A stretch of 62,831 nt of DNA, counting the filler. It is 4 parts of 4 records of this genome, joined end to end, with 100 filler letters (N's around TTAATTAATTAA, not from the genome) between each part and the next. Parts side by side here need not be neighbours in the genome. Positions count along the whole stretch, not along the records: positions 1 to 28,179 come from SRR31156797_4766; 3 more parts are not named here. The stretch is one strand, 5' to 3'. A program made the translations under genes and the position numbers. Of the stretch, positions 18,154 through 26,851 are shown piece by piece; position 1 is the first letter of the stretch; each line of letters opens with the position of its first letter. The notes beneath the pieces were generated by a model. That model worked only from the letters and a program-made list of their open reading frames with translations, was not told where the DNA came from and did no database searches.

Positions 18154-19516
18154 GCCTAAAACAACAAGTTATGGAAATGCGCAGTCAGATAGCTGTAATT
18201 CTGGGGTTGATCACCAGTTGATCACCACCGGATTCATAATATTTTTCCTGACGGACTTAAGCTACCTTCAGGAAAAACGTACCCTGGCAGGGACGGACGA
18301 GAACGGGCGGGCTGTGCTCGCCGTGGAATTCACTGATGATATTCCAAGTCCGCCCCTGCGTAATCTTTCCCCTGAAGAAATGGCCATAGCCCACACGGCG
18401 TGGAAGTATTTCGAAACCAACTACAACGCCGATACCGGGCTGGCCGACTCTGTGGCCGGATTCCACTTTACAACCCTCTGGGACACAGCCTCCTATCTGC
18501 TGGGCCTTATTTCGGTTCATCGTCTGGAAATCATCGGAGATGATGAATTTCACACCCGCATGGAAAAAGCCTTGGACGCGCTGGAACGCATCCCGCTCTA
18601 TAACGGGGAACTCCCCAACAAGGCCTACGACACCAAATCCCTGTCCATGACTGACTACCAGAACAAGCCATCCGACACAGGTACGGGCTGGAGTGCCATT
18701 GATATCGGGCGTCTTTTCGTGCCCTTGAATGTCATTCTTTATGAGTACAGCGAATACACGCCGAGGGTACGCAAAATTATTTCCCGCTGGGATTACACCC
18801 GCATGTTCAAGAACGGTGTGCTCTACGGGGTGACCTACAAAAACGGGTCCGAAGAACTTAACCAGGAAGGTAGGCTTGGTTATGAAGAATATGTATCCAA
18901 ATCTTTTGCCCTGCTCGGCTTTGATATCAGCGATGCCTACAACTACCTCGACCATACAGGACTGGTGGAAATCGAAGGTGTGGAAGTCCCTGTGGATGTG
19001 CGGGCCTCGGCAATTTTCGGGGCACACACCTACGCGCTCAGCGAACCGTACATTCTAGACGGTATTGAATTCGGCTTTGACCATTACTCGCGGGAATTTG
19101 CTTACCGCATATACCTTGCACAGGAAAAACGCTACGAAAATGAGGGCATCCTTACTGCGGTAACTGAAACCGCACTGAATGAAGACCCGTACTTTGTATA
19201 CAACACGGTTTACGGAGAAGGGAAGAAATGGGCCTGCATCACTTCCGAAGGTATGCAGTCCCCGGATTGGCGAACCCTTTCCACTAAAGGCGCTCTAGGT
19301 TGGCATTCTTTATACGAAACGGATTACACAACAAAACTGGTTAATAAAATTTCAAATTTAACAACTGAGGAAAATGGCTTTTACGCCGGGGTTTATGAGG
19401 ATGACGGACGGGTGAACGCAATTAACACCTGCAACACCAACGGAATTATTCTAGAAACCCTTTATTACAAAAAATTCGGCCCCTTTCTGCGCATTCAGGG
19501 CAAGGGAGGGCTTTAG
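18150..19516 (+). pseudogene. DUF3131-type protein 1, frameshifted by an 11-bp tandem duplication
   Basis: ATG 18150 overlaps the synthase TGA and reads MSLKQQVMEMRSQIAVILGLITS* (TGA 18219). GTTGATCACCA is present twice (18206-18227). Removing one copy joins it to the 'LITTGFIIFFL...' frame carrying 'AWKYFE', 'GWSAIDIGRL' and 'EGRLGYEEY'. Confidence 0.8.
18206..18227 (+). repeat. Perfect 11-bp direct tandem repeat
   Basis: GTTGATCACCA GTTGATCACCA. Confidence 0.95.
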
Positions 19517-19522
19517 GCGAAA

Positions 19523-20566
19523 ATGATGGTCAGGTCTTTGTGCATGGGGCTATTAATGGTGCTTTTTATGGGTACCCCCTGCCACGCCTATGACCTTTAC
19601 ATGGAAAGTATCCCTGATCCCGGCCTGAAAAAACTGCATAACAGCGAGGAAAAAGACTGGAGTTTCTGGGACATGCTGGAACGCTCTTTTAAAATCGATA
19701 CGGAAAAATTCAACGGCGAAAGCAGCTTCGGGGAAGTGCTGGCAAGGGAAATGTCTATTAACGTTGGTTACACAACTGCGGTGCGCAGTATTGAACAAGC
19801 CAACAAGGACGGCAATTCTCCTAAAGAGATAGTCAAACAGTCCTTTACTCAGACCATCGGATTCAACGGACTATCCCCCTATTACGGCAGGGTGACTTTC
19901 TACCAGTACGCGGACCCCAGTTACCAGCAGGGGTACGAACCGGATTTCAGCTACAGCTTCGGGGTTGCCAACTACGCCCCGGATACCTTGTCCATTGAAT
20001 ATTCCAACTACGGCGGAAACAGGCTTTCGCCCAAGGCCGGAGAAGAGTTCACCGACCTGAACGCGGGAACCATAACCTCGACTTATAGGTTCGAGGTTCC
20101 TGAAAATATTGTGCGTTTTCTGCACCCGGATGATGATGCGCGCATCTTAGGCTGGACGTCTTATAACCTGACCCCGGAATATCAGGAAGGACGTTGGTGG
20201 AAACAATGGTTCGGACTGGGTTTTTCCGTACCCATCTGGGGAAATATCAGTGCATGGGCACAGGGCAACCTCTACCCGGATTCGTCCCAGACCACAGCCG
20301 GAGATCCGGATTTCACTTACGGATTCGGATATTACGACTGGTCGCCGGGTGGATTCATTCTGGCCTTCTCCAGTTATGCTCCTAATGGTTTTCCGTGGGG
20401 CAACAGTGCCAAGGATGGTGATTTTTTCGATGGTTCAGTATTCTTCGGCTACAACCTGGATTTGCAGACTATCTGGGAATTTCTGACCGGACGGGACAAC
20501 GGACGTAAGCGAGACAAGCCAAGCAAAACAAGGCCCCCATGGGGCCCACGATACATGGAATGGTGA
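19523..20566 (+). CDS. Secreted protein, probable outer-membrane beta-barrel
   Basis: Signal peptide (CHA|Y), many aromatic/Gly alternating strands, and the internal repeat 'PDFSYSFG'/'PDFTYGFG'. Confidence 0.5.
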   Translation: MMVRSLCMGLLMVLFMGTPCHAYDLYMESIPDPGLKKLHNSEEKDWSFWDMLERSFKIDTEKFNGESSFGEVLAREMSINVGYTTAVRSIEQANKDGNSPKEIVKQSFTQTIGFNGLSPYYGRVTFYQYADPSYQQGYEPDFSYSFGVANYAPDTLSIEYSNYGGNRLSPKAGEEFTDLNAGTITSTYRFEVPENIVRFLHPDDDARILGWTSYNLTPEYQEGRWWKQWFGLGFSVPIWGNISAWAQGNLYPDSSQTTAGDPDFTYGFGYYDWSPGGFILAFSSYAPNGFPWGNSAKDGDFFDGSVFFGYNLDLQTIWEFLTGRDNGRKRDKPSKTRPPWGPRYMEW

Positions 20567-20573
20567 GTTGCGG

Positions 20574-22088
20574 ATGGAAAATGCAGTTTTCATAAGACTA
20601 GTTCAAACCAGCATATTTATTGTGCTGCTCTTTTGCTGCGGCTGTAAATCCATGCACAGCAGCAAGGGAGAACCGTTTGTTTACCGCATTGCTACGGCTG
20701 AGATAAAACCGCGTAGTGCCGCATCCCCCAATTTCTTCTGGTCCAAAAACGAAACTACCCAGTTGACTGACAAAGAGCAGGAAATGGGACGATACGCATG
20801 GCAATACTTCACCCGCACAGTTTTCCCGGAAACCGGACTTCCACAGGGTGCAGTGGGCAGCGACACCCTGACCATGGATAACGTTGCCGGATACCTTGCC
20901 GCACTGACCTGCGCCAAACGAATCGGTGTGTTGGAGGATATTGAATTTCATGAGCGCATGACCAAGCTGATTACGTGGCTGAACAAGATGAAACTCAACT
21001 CGCTGGGCGTTCCGAATACATTCTACAGCGGGCGTACCGGACAATCTCTTAACGGTATCAGTCAGCCCGGAGAAGACGGACATTCAGCCCTTGATATCGG
21101 GCGGTTGCTGATCTGGCTGCGCATTGTGCATAATGAATTCCCCACCCACGCTGCCGCCATCGACCGCGCGGTACTGCGCTGGAATTTCCGCAAACTCATT
21201 GATGCCGAAGGCTTGCTCTACGGATCATACTACCGCGACGGGAGGCTTCATCCCTATCGCGAAGGCCGTTTCGGGAAATTACAATATGCGGCCAAGGGAT
21301 TGGCTCTTTGGGGATTCAGGGTGGACGCATCAATGGAGTCGGGCAAGACCTCATTAATGACCATCAACAATATTCTGCTGCCCTTTGACAACCGCTACTC
21401 CCATATTTCACCCATCCCGCGTCCGCAGGGAGAACCGTTTCAGCCCGGAGCGGTAACAACAACTGCACCGCTGCTGGACGGTATGGAATTCGATTGGAAA
21501 ATCCCCACCCCAAAAGAGGATTCAAAAAATTGGAAGGTCGACCAAAAATCGCTGCAATTGGCCCGCTCCATCTATGCAGTCCAGAGATCCCGCTATGCAA
21601 CCAAAGGTTTGCTCACCGCCCGCGCAGCCCACAACCTTGACCGACCACCGTATTTTGTCATCGATTCAGTTTTCGCACTGGGTGATCCATTCGTCACCAT
21701 GGATAAATCCGGCAATCCACAACCCAAACAAGCCTGCGTCTCCAGCAGTGCTTCTTTCCAGCTCTGGGCTATGTTCGAAGGGCAATACACTGACATGTTG
21801 ATGGATGCGGTTGAAACACTCTTTGACCAATATGGCGGCTGGTATGCCGGATTTTACGAAGACGGAGGAGCAACGAACAAGGCAATTTCCTTAAATGACA
21901 ATGCGGTCATTCTAGAATCGCTGGCTTTTATACTGAACGGCCCGTTGTTCAAAACGAATTTACAGCCGGGATATTGGGAGCTGACCCTTGAAGCTAAATC
22001 GTTTGAAGCACAAGGGTTGCCCCCGGCAAAATTCCAGCAGCAATTCCAGCCCATGCTGGACATTAGAAAAGCGGAGCCGCGTCCATGA
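20574..22088 (+). CDS. DUF3131-type protein 2 (probable lipoprotein)
   Basis: Lipobox-like 'LLFCCGC', plus 'AWQYF', 'SALDIGRL' and 'NAVILE'. Confidence 0.75.
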   Translation: MENAVFIRLVQTSIFIVLLFCCGCKSMHSSKGEPFVYRIATAEIKPRSAASPNFFWSKNETTQLTDKEQEMGRYAWQYFTRTVFPETGLPQGAVGSDTLTMDNVAGYLAALTCAKRIGVLEDIEFHERMTKLITWLNKMKLNSLGVPNTFYSGRTGQSLNGISQPGEDGHSALDIGRLLIWLRIVHNEFPTHAAAIDRAVLRWNFRKLIDAEGLLYGSYYRDGRLHPYREGRFGKLQYAAKGLALWGFRVDASMESGKTSLMTINNILLPFDNRYSHISPIPRPQGEPFQPGAVTTTAPLLDGMEFDWKIPTPKEDSKNWKVDQKSLQLARSIYAVQRSRYATKGLLTARAAHNLDRPPYFVIDSVFALGDPFVTMDKSGNPQPKQACVSSSASFQLWAMFEGQYTDMLMDAVETLFDQYGGWYAGFYEDGGATNKAISLNDNAVILESLAFILNGPLFKTNLQPGYWELTLEAKSFEAQGLPPAKFQQQFQPMLDIRKAEPRP

Positions 22089-23497
22089 TTCCACGGGTAG
22101 TAAAATATATATTTACTCTGAGCGTATTTGTTACGCTGCTCGGCTCCGCTGCCGTCTGCATGGCTGAAATCAAGCCTGCCATGCGCCAGATTCCACGCCA
22201 AGGACCGCTTACCGAACGTGAGGTAGGCTGGGCCAAAACCGCATGGAGCTACTTTCAAAACAACGTAAATCCTGAAACCGGCTTAGCCGGAGCACAGCCC
22301 AATTATTCGCCTTTCACCATGTGGGATCTCTCCGCGCACATGGCCGCGATTCTCTCGGCAAATGAGTTGGGACTGATAGATGATAAAGAATTTGATTCGC
22401 GCATGCGTAAGATCATCTCATGGTTAAATGTCATGGAACTTTTTCGCGGGGACCTGCCCAACCAGTTCTACAGTGCAGACAACGGGGCCATGGTTGATTG
22501 GTCCAACCAGCCCGGTGCGCTCGGCTGGTCTGCATTAGATCTCGGCAGGTTGCTCATCTGGCTGCGCATCATCAAGGAACGCCACCCTGAATACGCGGAA
22601 CAAATCGACCGCGCCATAATGCGCTGGAACTGGACCAAGCTCATGGACCGCAACGGAACCATGTTCGGGGCCAGCTATTACCAACGCGACGAAAACAATC
22701 TCATCCATTACGCCGAAGGACGGCTTGGTTATGAAGAATATGCCGCGCGCGGATTCGGTCTATGGGGAGCGGACACAACTGCGGCCTCTAAAATTCATCC
22801 CTATTCCACAGTTACAATTTACGGCGTCCCCATTCCCTTTGACGCCCGTGATCCTGAAAATGAACATGCCCCAAACTTTGTGGTCACCGAAAATTTCGTT
22901 CTCGATGGCATTGAGCACAATTGGGATCTGCCCGAGAACCGCAACACCAACGTGCATAAGCATACTGATCCCATGCAGGCCAAATTTGCGTGGGCGGTTT
23001 ATAAGGCACAGGAAGGACGATTTCTGAACACAGGGATTCTCACCGCTAAAACCGAGGATGCCGTGGATCAGGCCCCGTATTTTGTCTACGACACCATCCT
23101 CGGACACGGCATTCCTTACGCAACCATGAGTCATGAAGGTAAGGCCATGCCGGAACTTGCCTGTTTGAACACCAAAGCAGCCCTCGGACTTTGGGTGCTT
23201 TTCAAGTCCGACTACACCGATCTTTTAGCCGAGGTAGCCTCAACCATGTTTGAGCCGGGAAAAGGATTCTACGTGGGCCGTTACGAAAAAACAGGCAAAA
23301 TCAATAGGGCCATAACCATGAACGGAAACGGGGTAATCATGGAAATCCTGCTCTACAAGACGCAGGGCAAATTGCTCAAGTACAGCAACAAGGAAAGTTA
23401 TTGGGACAAGTTTTTTGAAAATTATTCACTGCCTTCCAAGGCCCTGCCGCCATGGAAGTATCAACCGTATATTACTATTCATAAGTATGATCCTTAG
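22085..23497 (+). CDS. DUF3131-type protein 3 (secreted)
   Basis: Signal peptide, plus 'AWSYFQNN', 'TMWD', 'GWSALDLGRL' and 'EGRLGYEEY'. Confidence 0.8.
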   Translation: MIPRVVKYIFTLSVFVTLLGSAAVCMAEIKPAMRQIPRQGPLTEREVGWAKTAWSYFQNNVNPETGLAGAQPNYSPFTMWDLSAHMAAILSANELGLIDDKEFDSRMRKIISWLNVMELFRGDLPNQFYSADNGAMVDWSNQPGALGWSALDLGRLLIWLRIIKERHPEYAEQIDRAIMRWNWTKLMDRNGTMFGASYYQRDENNLIHYAEGRLGYEEYAARGFGLWGADTTAASKIHPYSTVTIYGVPIPFDARDPENEHAPNFVVTENFVLDGIEHNWDLPENRNTNVHKHTDPMQAKFAWAVYKAQEGRFLNTGILTAKTEDAVDQAPYFVYDTILGHGIPYATMSHEGKAMPELACLNTKAALGLWVLFKSDYTDLLAEVASTMFEPGKGFYVGRYEKTGKINRAITMNGNGVIMEILLYKTQGKLLKYSNKESYWDKFFENYSLPSKALPPWKYQPYITIHKYDP

Positions 23498-23501
23498 GGA
23501 T

Positions 23502-23537
23502 GCCTCCGGCGGCTTAAACCTTTTATTAGGCTTCGCC
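23502..23537 (-). repeat. Short copy of a REP-like intergenic repeat
   Basis: Reverse complement GGCGAAGCCTAATAAAAGGTTTAAGCCGCCGGAGGC matches the start of the element at 28141. Confidence 0.6.
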
Positions 23538-23555
23538 TTTTTGAATGGAGAATTA

Positions 23556-24962
23556 ATGCTAAAACGGATGACTGTCATATTTTTACTGTGTCTGCTCATG
23601 TTGCTGGCAGGCTGCGGTGCTGTTTATGAGACAGTCAAATGCGGTTTCGACTTCGGCGATGACCGTGGCGATATTGTGCTGACCAATTGCCACCGCCTGT
23701 CGGATCGCGGGCAATTGTTTGCTGAAGTGGCGTGGACCTATTTTGAAAAAAATTACAATGTTCAAACCGGATTGGTAAATGCGGCGGAAAATTACCCCTA
23801 TACGTCCATCGGTGAAATCGCGGCTTATCTTTCGGCGCTGATTTCTGCCCACGAAATGGATCTTCTTGATGAACGCCGTTTTTGCCAGCGGGTGGGGAAA
23901 CTGGTGGAATGGCTCAATGCCATGGAACTTTATGCCGGGGAGCTGCCCAACCTGATTTACAATTCACACACCGGACGCATGGTCGGCTTTGATATGAAAC
24001 CGGGTAAGGCCGGGTTCTCCTCCATGGACATCGGGCGACTCTTGATCTGGTTGCGGGTATTGAAAACAAAATATCCGCTCTTTGCTGAGGGTGTGGACCG
24101 CGCGGTGCTACGCTGGAATTTCTGCATGATTATAGACAAAGACGGAACCCTGCGCAGCGGGCGGTTTGTGAATGGACAGACTGAATTTATCCACGAAGGA
24201 CGCCTCGGCTGGGAAGGTTATGCTGCACGCGGATATGAGATGTGGGGCATTGATGTAAAATCCACTGTTCCTTCGCCGCTCAGGTATATTGAAATTTACG
24301 GACGCAAAGTTCCCTATGATCCGCGCGATTCCATTACCACCGGGATTCCGGTTTACCTCACCTCCACACCATTCCTGCTGGAAGGTATGGAATTCGGATA
24401 TTCTGACGTGGGCATACCGGAAGAACACCGCACCGGAGATGACGCTCTTGAGCGTTACGATCTGGCCCGTGGCATCTATGAAATTCAGGAAGAACGTTAC
24501 CGCCGTGAAGGTATCATGACTGCCCGCAGTGAAAATGGAGTGGATAAACCGCCCTATGCGGTAATCGGCACCATCACTGCCGAGGGCAAACTCTGGCCGA
24601 CCATCTCCCGCGGCGGAGATATGCATTACGATCTGGCCATGTTCTCCACCCGGGCTATCTTCGGCATGTGGTCCATCTGGGACACCGATTACACTAAATT
24701 TATCATGGCTGCCGCTGCCTGCTGCTTTTTCGAAGAAGGACGCGGCTGGTTTGAGGGCCGTTACGAAAAAAACTGGCGCATCAACAAAGTCATGGTTCTG
24801 GAAACAAATGCAGTGGTCCTTGAAGCACTGCTGCATCGCTTGGACGGTCCATTGGTCCGGGTTGCCAAGGAACCTAGCTTTATCGACTTTTACCTGCGTA
24901 AAGAACTGCCCATGAGCGACTATCCGCGCTGTTTACCGGGTAGGGAAAGGGAGGACATATGA
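23556..24962 (+). CDS. DUF3131-type protein 4 (lipoprotein)
   Basis: Start refined to ATG 23556 after GGAG. Lipobox 'LLAGC', plus 'AWTYFEKN', 'SSMDIGRL' and 'EGRLGWEGY'. Confidence 0.78.
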   Translation: MLKRMTVIFLLCLLMLLAGCGAVYETVKCGFDFGDDRGDIVLTNCHRLSDRGQLFAEVAWTYFEKNYNVQTGLVNAAENYPYTSIGEIAAYLSALISAHEMDLLDERRFCQRVGKLVEWLNAMELYAGELPNLIYNSHTGRMVGFDMKPGKAGFSSMDIGRLLIWLRVLKTKYPLFAEGVDRAVLRWNFCMIIDKDGTLRSGRFVNGQTEFIHEGRLGWEGYAARGYEMWGIDVKSTVPSPLRYIEIYGRKVPYDPRDSITTGIPVYLTSTPFLLEGMEFGYSDVGIPEEHRTGDDALERYDLARGIYEIQEERYRREGIMTARSENGVDKPPYAVIGTITAEGKLWPTISRGGDMHYDLAMFSTRAIFGMWSIWDTDYTKFIMAAAACCFFEEGRGWFEGRYEKNWRINKVMVLETNAVVLEALLHRLDGPLVRVAKEPSFIDFYLRKELPMSDYPRCLPGREREDI

Positions 24963-26851
24963 TGTTTAGACCCTTACGCATAGCCATATTTATGCTGCTC
25001 ATGCTGTCAGCTTCTAATATCCATACTGCCCACGCGGCCTTTGACGGTTTGGGACAGCTGGTCTCAAGCCCGACTTTTGCCGAAGCTGTGGTGCTTTATA
25101 AAAATGGTAAATATGATCCATCGGCTTTATTGCTGGATGATCTGGCCCGCAACCTACGCGGCATTTCCCCGGAAGTGAGCGGTCTGGTCTTTGTCATGGC
25201 TTCTCGCGCGGCGGAGAATGCCGGGAATGCACGGGCGTATGAATCGTGGGGCATGGCAACGGCCCGTTTTGCCCGTGCTGGCATGAGCTGGCAACAGGTC
25301 CGCTCTACCTTAGACCAGCAGCTTGAAATGGCAAGACTGGGGGCCTCCGGTCCTGCAGCAGTTGGAGCCGGGCAATCTCCGGGGTTTGCCGGGCCAGCAG
25401 TGAATTTGCCCCCGGAAGCAGGACGGCTCTCAACCGCGTGGAAACTTTTCGGGCTTAAGCATTATAAGCGACCCGCGCCGGGATTGCGCCGCGAAATGAC
25501 CGCAGACCAGATCTGGAATGAAATGGATGGCGGTGCCGAGGCTCCGGTTACGGTCATTCCCTATTCCGAAGGCGTTTGGGGCCAGCCTCAATCTTCCGGC
25601 AAACTCAATGAACAGAATATTGCGAACGGTCCAGCGATACGTCCCAGTCCTTCCACTCCAACACAATTAAAAGATGTGCCCCATAATCACAGTGGGGCGG
25701 CTGCGGCTGCTTCCTATGCTGCTTCAACACAGAAGAAAAAGCCCGCAGTGAGTGAGCAGTATATGCAAGCGGCACGTATTGCTTGGAAATATTTTCAACG
25801 GAATTACCAACCTGCAACAGGACTATATAATGGTCTTGATCTCTACCCGATAACCACAGTCTGGGAGATCGGCACTTCCCTTGCCGCCTTGAACGCGGCT
25901 CACCATCTTGAAATCATCACTGATGCTGAATTCCGGCAACGGACCGGGCTCATGCTTCAGACCCTGTCCTCCATGGACCTTTATAACAATGAGTTGCCCA
26001 ACAAACTTTATTTTGCGGATTCCGCACGCATGGTCGGAAAAGACCAGAAACCAACGTCCACAGGAATCGGCTGGAACGGACCTGACATCGGACGCCTGCT
26101 GCTCTGGCTCAAAAAGACTGCCGAAAAACACCCGGAATTCAAGTCAATCTGCGACAAAATTTTCCTACGTTTGCGCACAGAGCGACTGGTCAAGAACGGC
26201 AATATCATTAGCCTGTCCGTTTATTTGAACAAAGAACAGCTTCAGCTGGCAGCAGGTTTTGGCCAACCCTCATATGCTGCCGAAGCCTTTAAGCTTTGGA
26301 ATCTGGACGCATGGAAAACACGTGATTACCGCCCGCAGCTGGGTTTCAAAAAAATATTCGGAATTAATATTCCATTTAATAAATCCGGTCCGGACATAAC
26401 GTCCACCCCATTTACGCTCATGCTCATGGAGCTGGGCAGAAGCGGCAATGAACAAGACCGTATGATCCGTTCCATCTACGAAGTTCAAGCCGCACGGCAC
26501 GGTAAATCCGGGAAACTTACTGCAGCCGACAGTGGACGTATTGACCGCAGTCCGTGGGTGGCCCAAAGCGCGATAATCACTGCAAATGGTGCCGCGAAAT
26601 GGAAATGCATCAGCCCATATTCAGACAAAACGCTGCCGTTGTTCTGGGCCTCAACCGGTACAGCCTTCTGCTGGGATGCTCTGTTCAATACAGCCTATAC
26701 CCGTAAACTGGTGCAGGAATTAACTCCCCTGCATGACAAGAATAAAGGATTCATGGCCGGTAAATACGACACCGGAGAAACAAATAAAGCCGTAACACTT
26801 GAAACAAACGGCTTGATCCTTGAAGCCGCCATGTACAGGAGGAATCAATGA
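24959..26851 (+). CDS. DUF3131-type protein 5 with N-terminal helical domain and Pro/Ala/Ser linker
   Basis: Signal peptide (AHA|A) and ~260-aa extension, then 'AWKYFQRN', 'PDIGRL' and 'TNGLILE'. Confidence 0.75.
   Translation: MMFRPLRIAIFMLLMLSASNIHTAHAAFDGLGQLVSSPTFAEAVVLYKNGKYDPSALLLDDLARNLRGISPEVSGLVFVMASRAAENAGNARAYESWGMATARFARAGMSWQQVRSTLDQQLEMARLGASGPAAVGAGQSPGFAGPAVNLPPEAGRLSTAWKLFGLKHYKRPAPGLRREMTADQIWNEMDGGAEAPVTVIPYSEGVWGQPQSSGKLNEQNIANGPAIRPSPSTPTQLKDVPHNHSGAAAAASYAASTQKKKPAVSEQYMQAARIAWKYFQRNYQPATGLYNGLDLYPITTVWEIGTSLAALNAAHHLEIITDAEFRQRTGLMLQTLSSMDLYNNELPNKLYFADSARMVGKDQKPTSTGIGWNGPDIGRLLLWLKKTAEKHPEFKSICDKIFLRLRTERLVKNGNIISLSVYLNKEQLQLAAGFGQPSYAAEAFKLWNLDAWKTRDYRPQLGFKKIFGINIPFNKSGPDITSTPFTLMLMELGRSGNEQDRMIRSIYEVQAARHGKSGKLTAADSGRIDRSPWVAQSAIITANGAAKWKCISPYSDKTLPLFWASTGTAFCWDALFNTAYTRKLVQELTPLHDKNKGFMAGKYDTGETNKAVTLETNGLILEAAMYRRNQ

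Noticed and set aside
18219-18221. TGA as a selenocysteine codon (selB is in the window)
   Set aside because: Read-through hits TAA six codons later, and selB is on a different contig.
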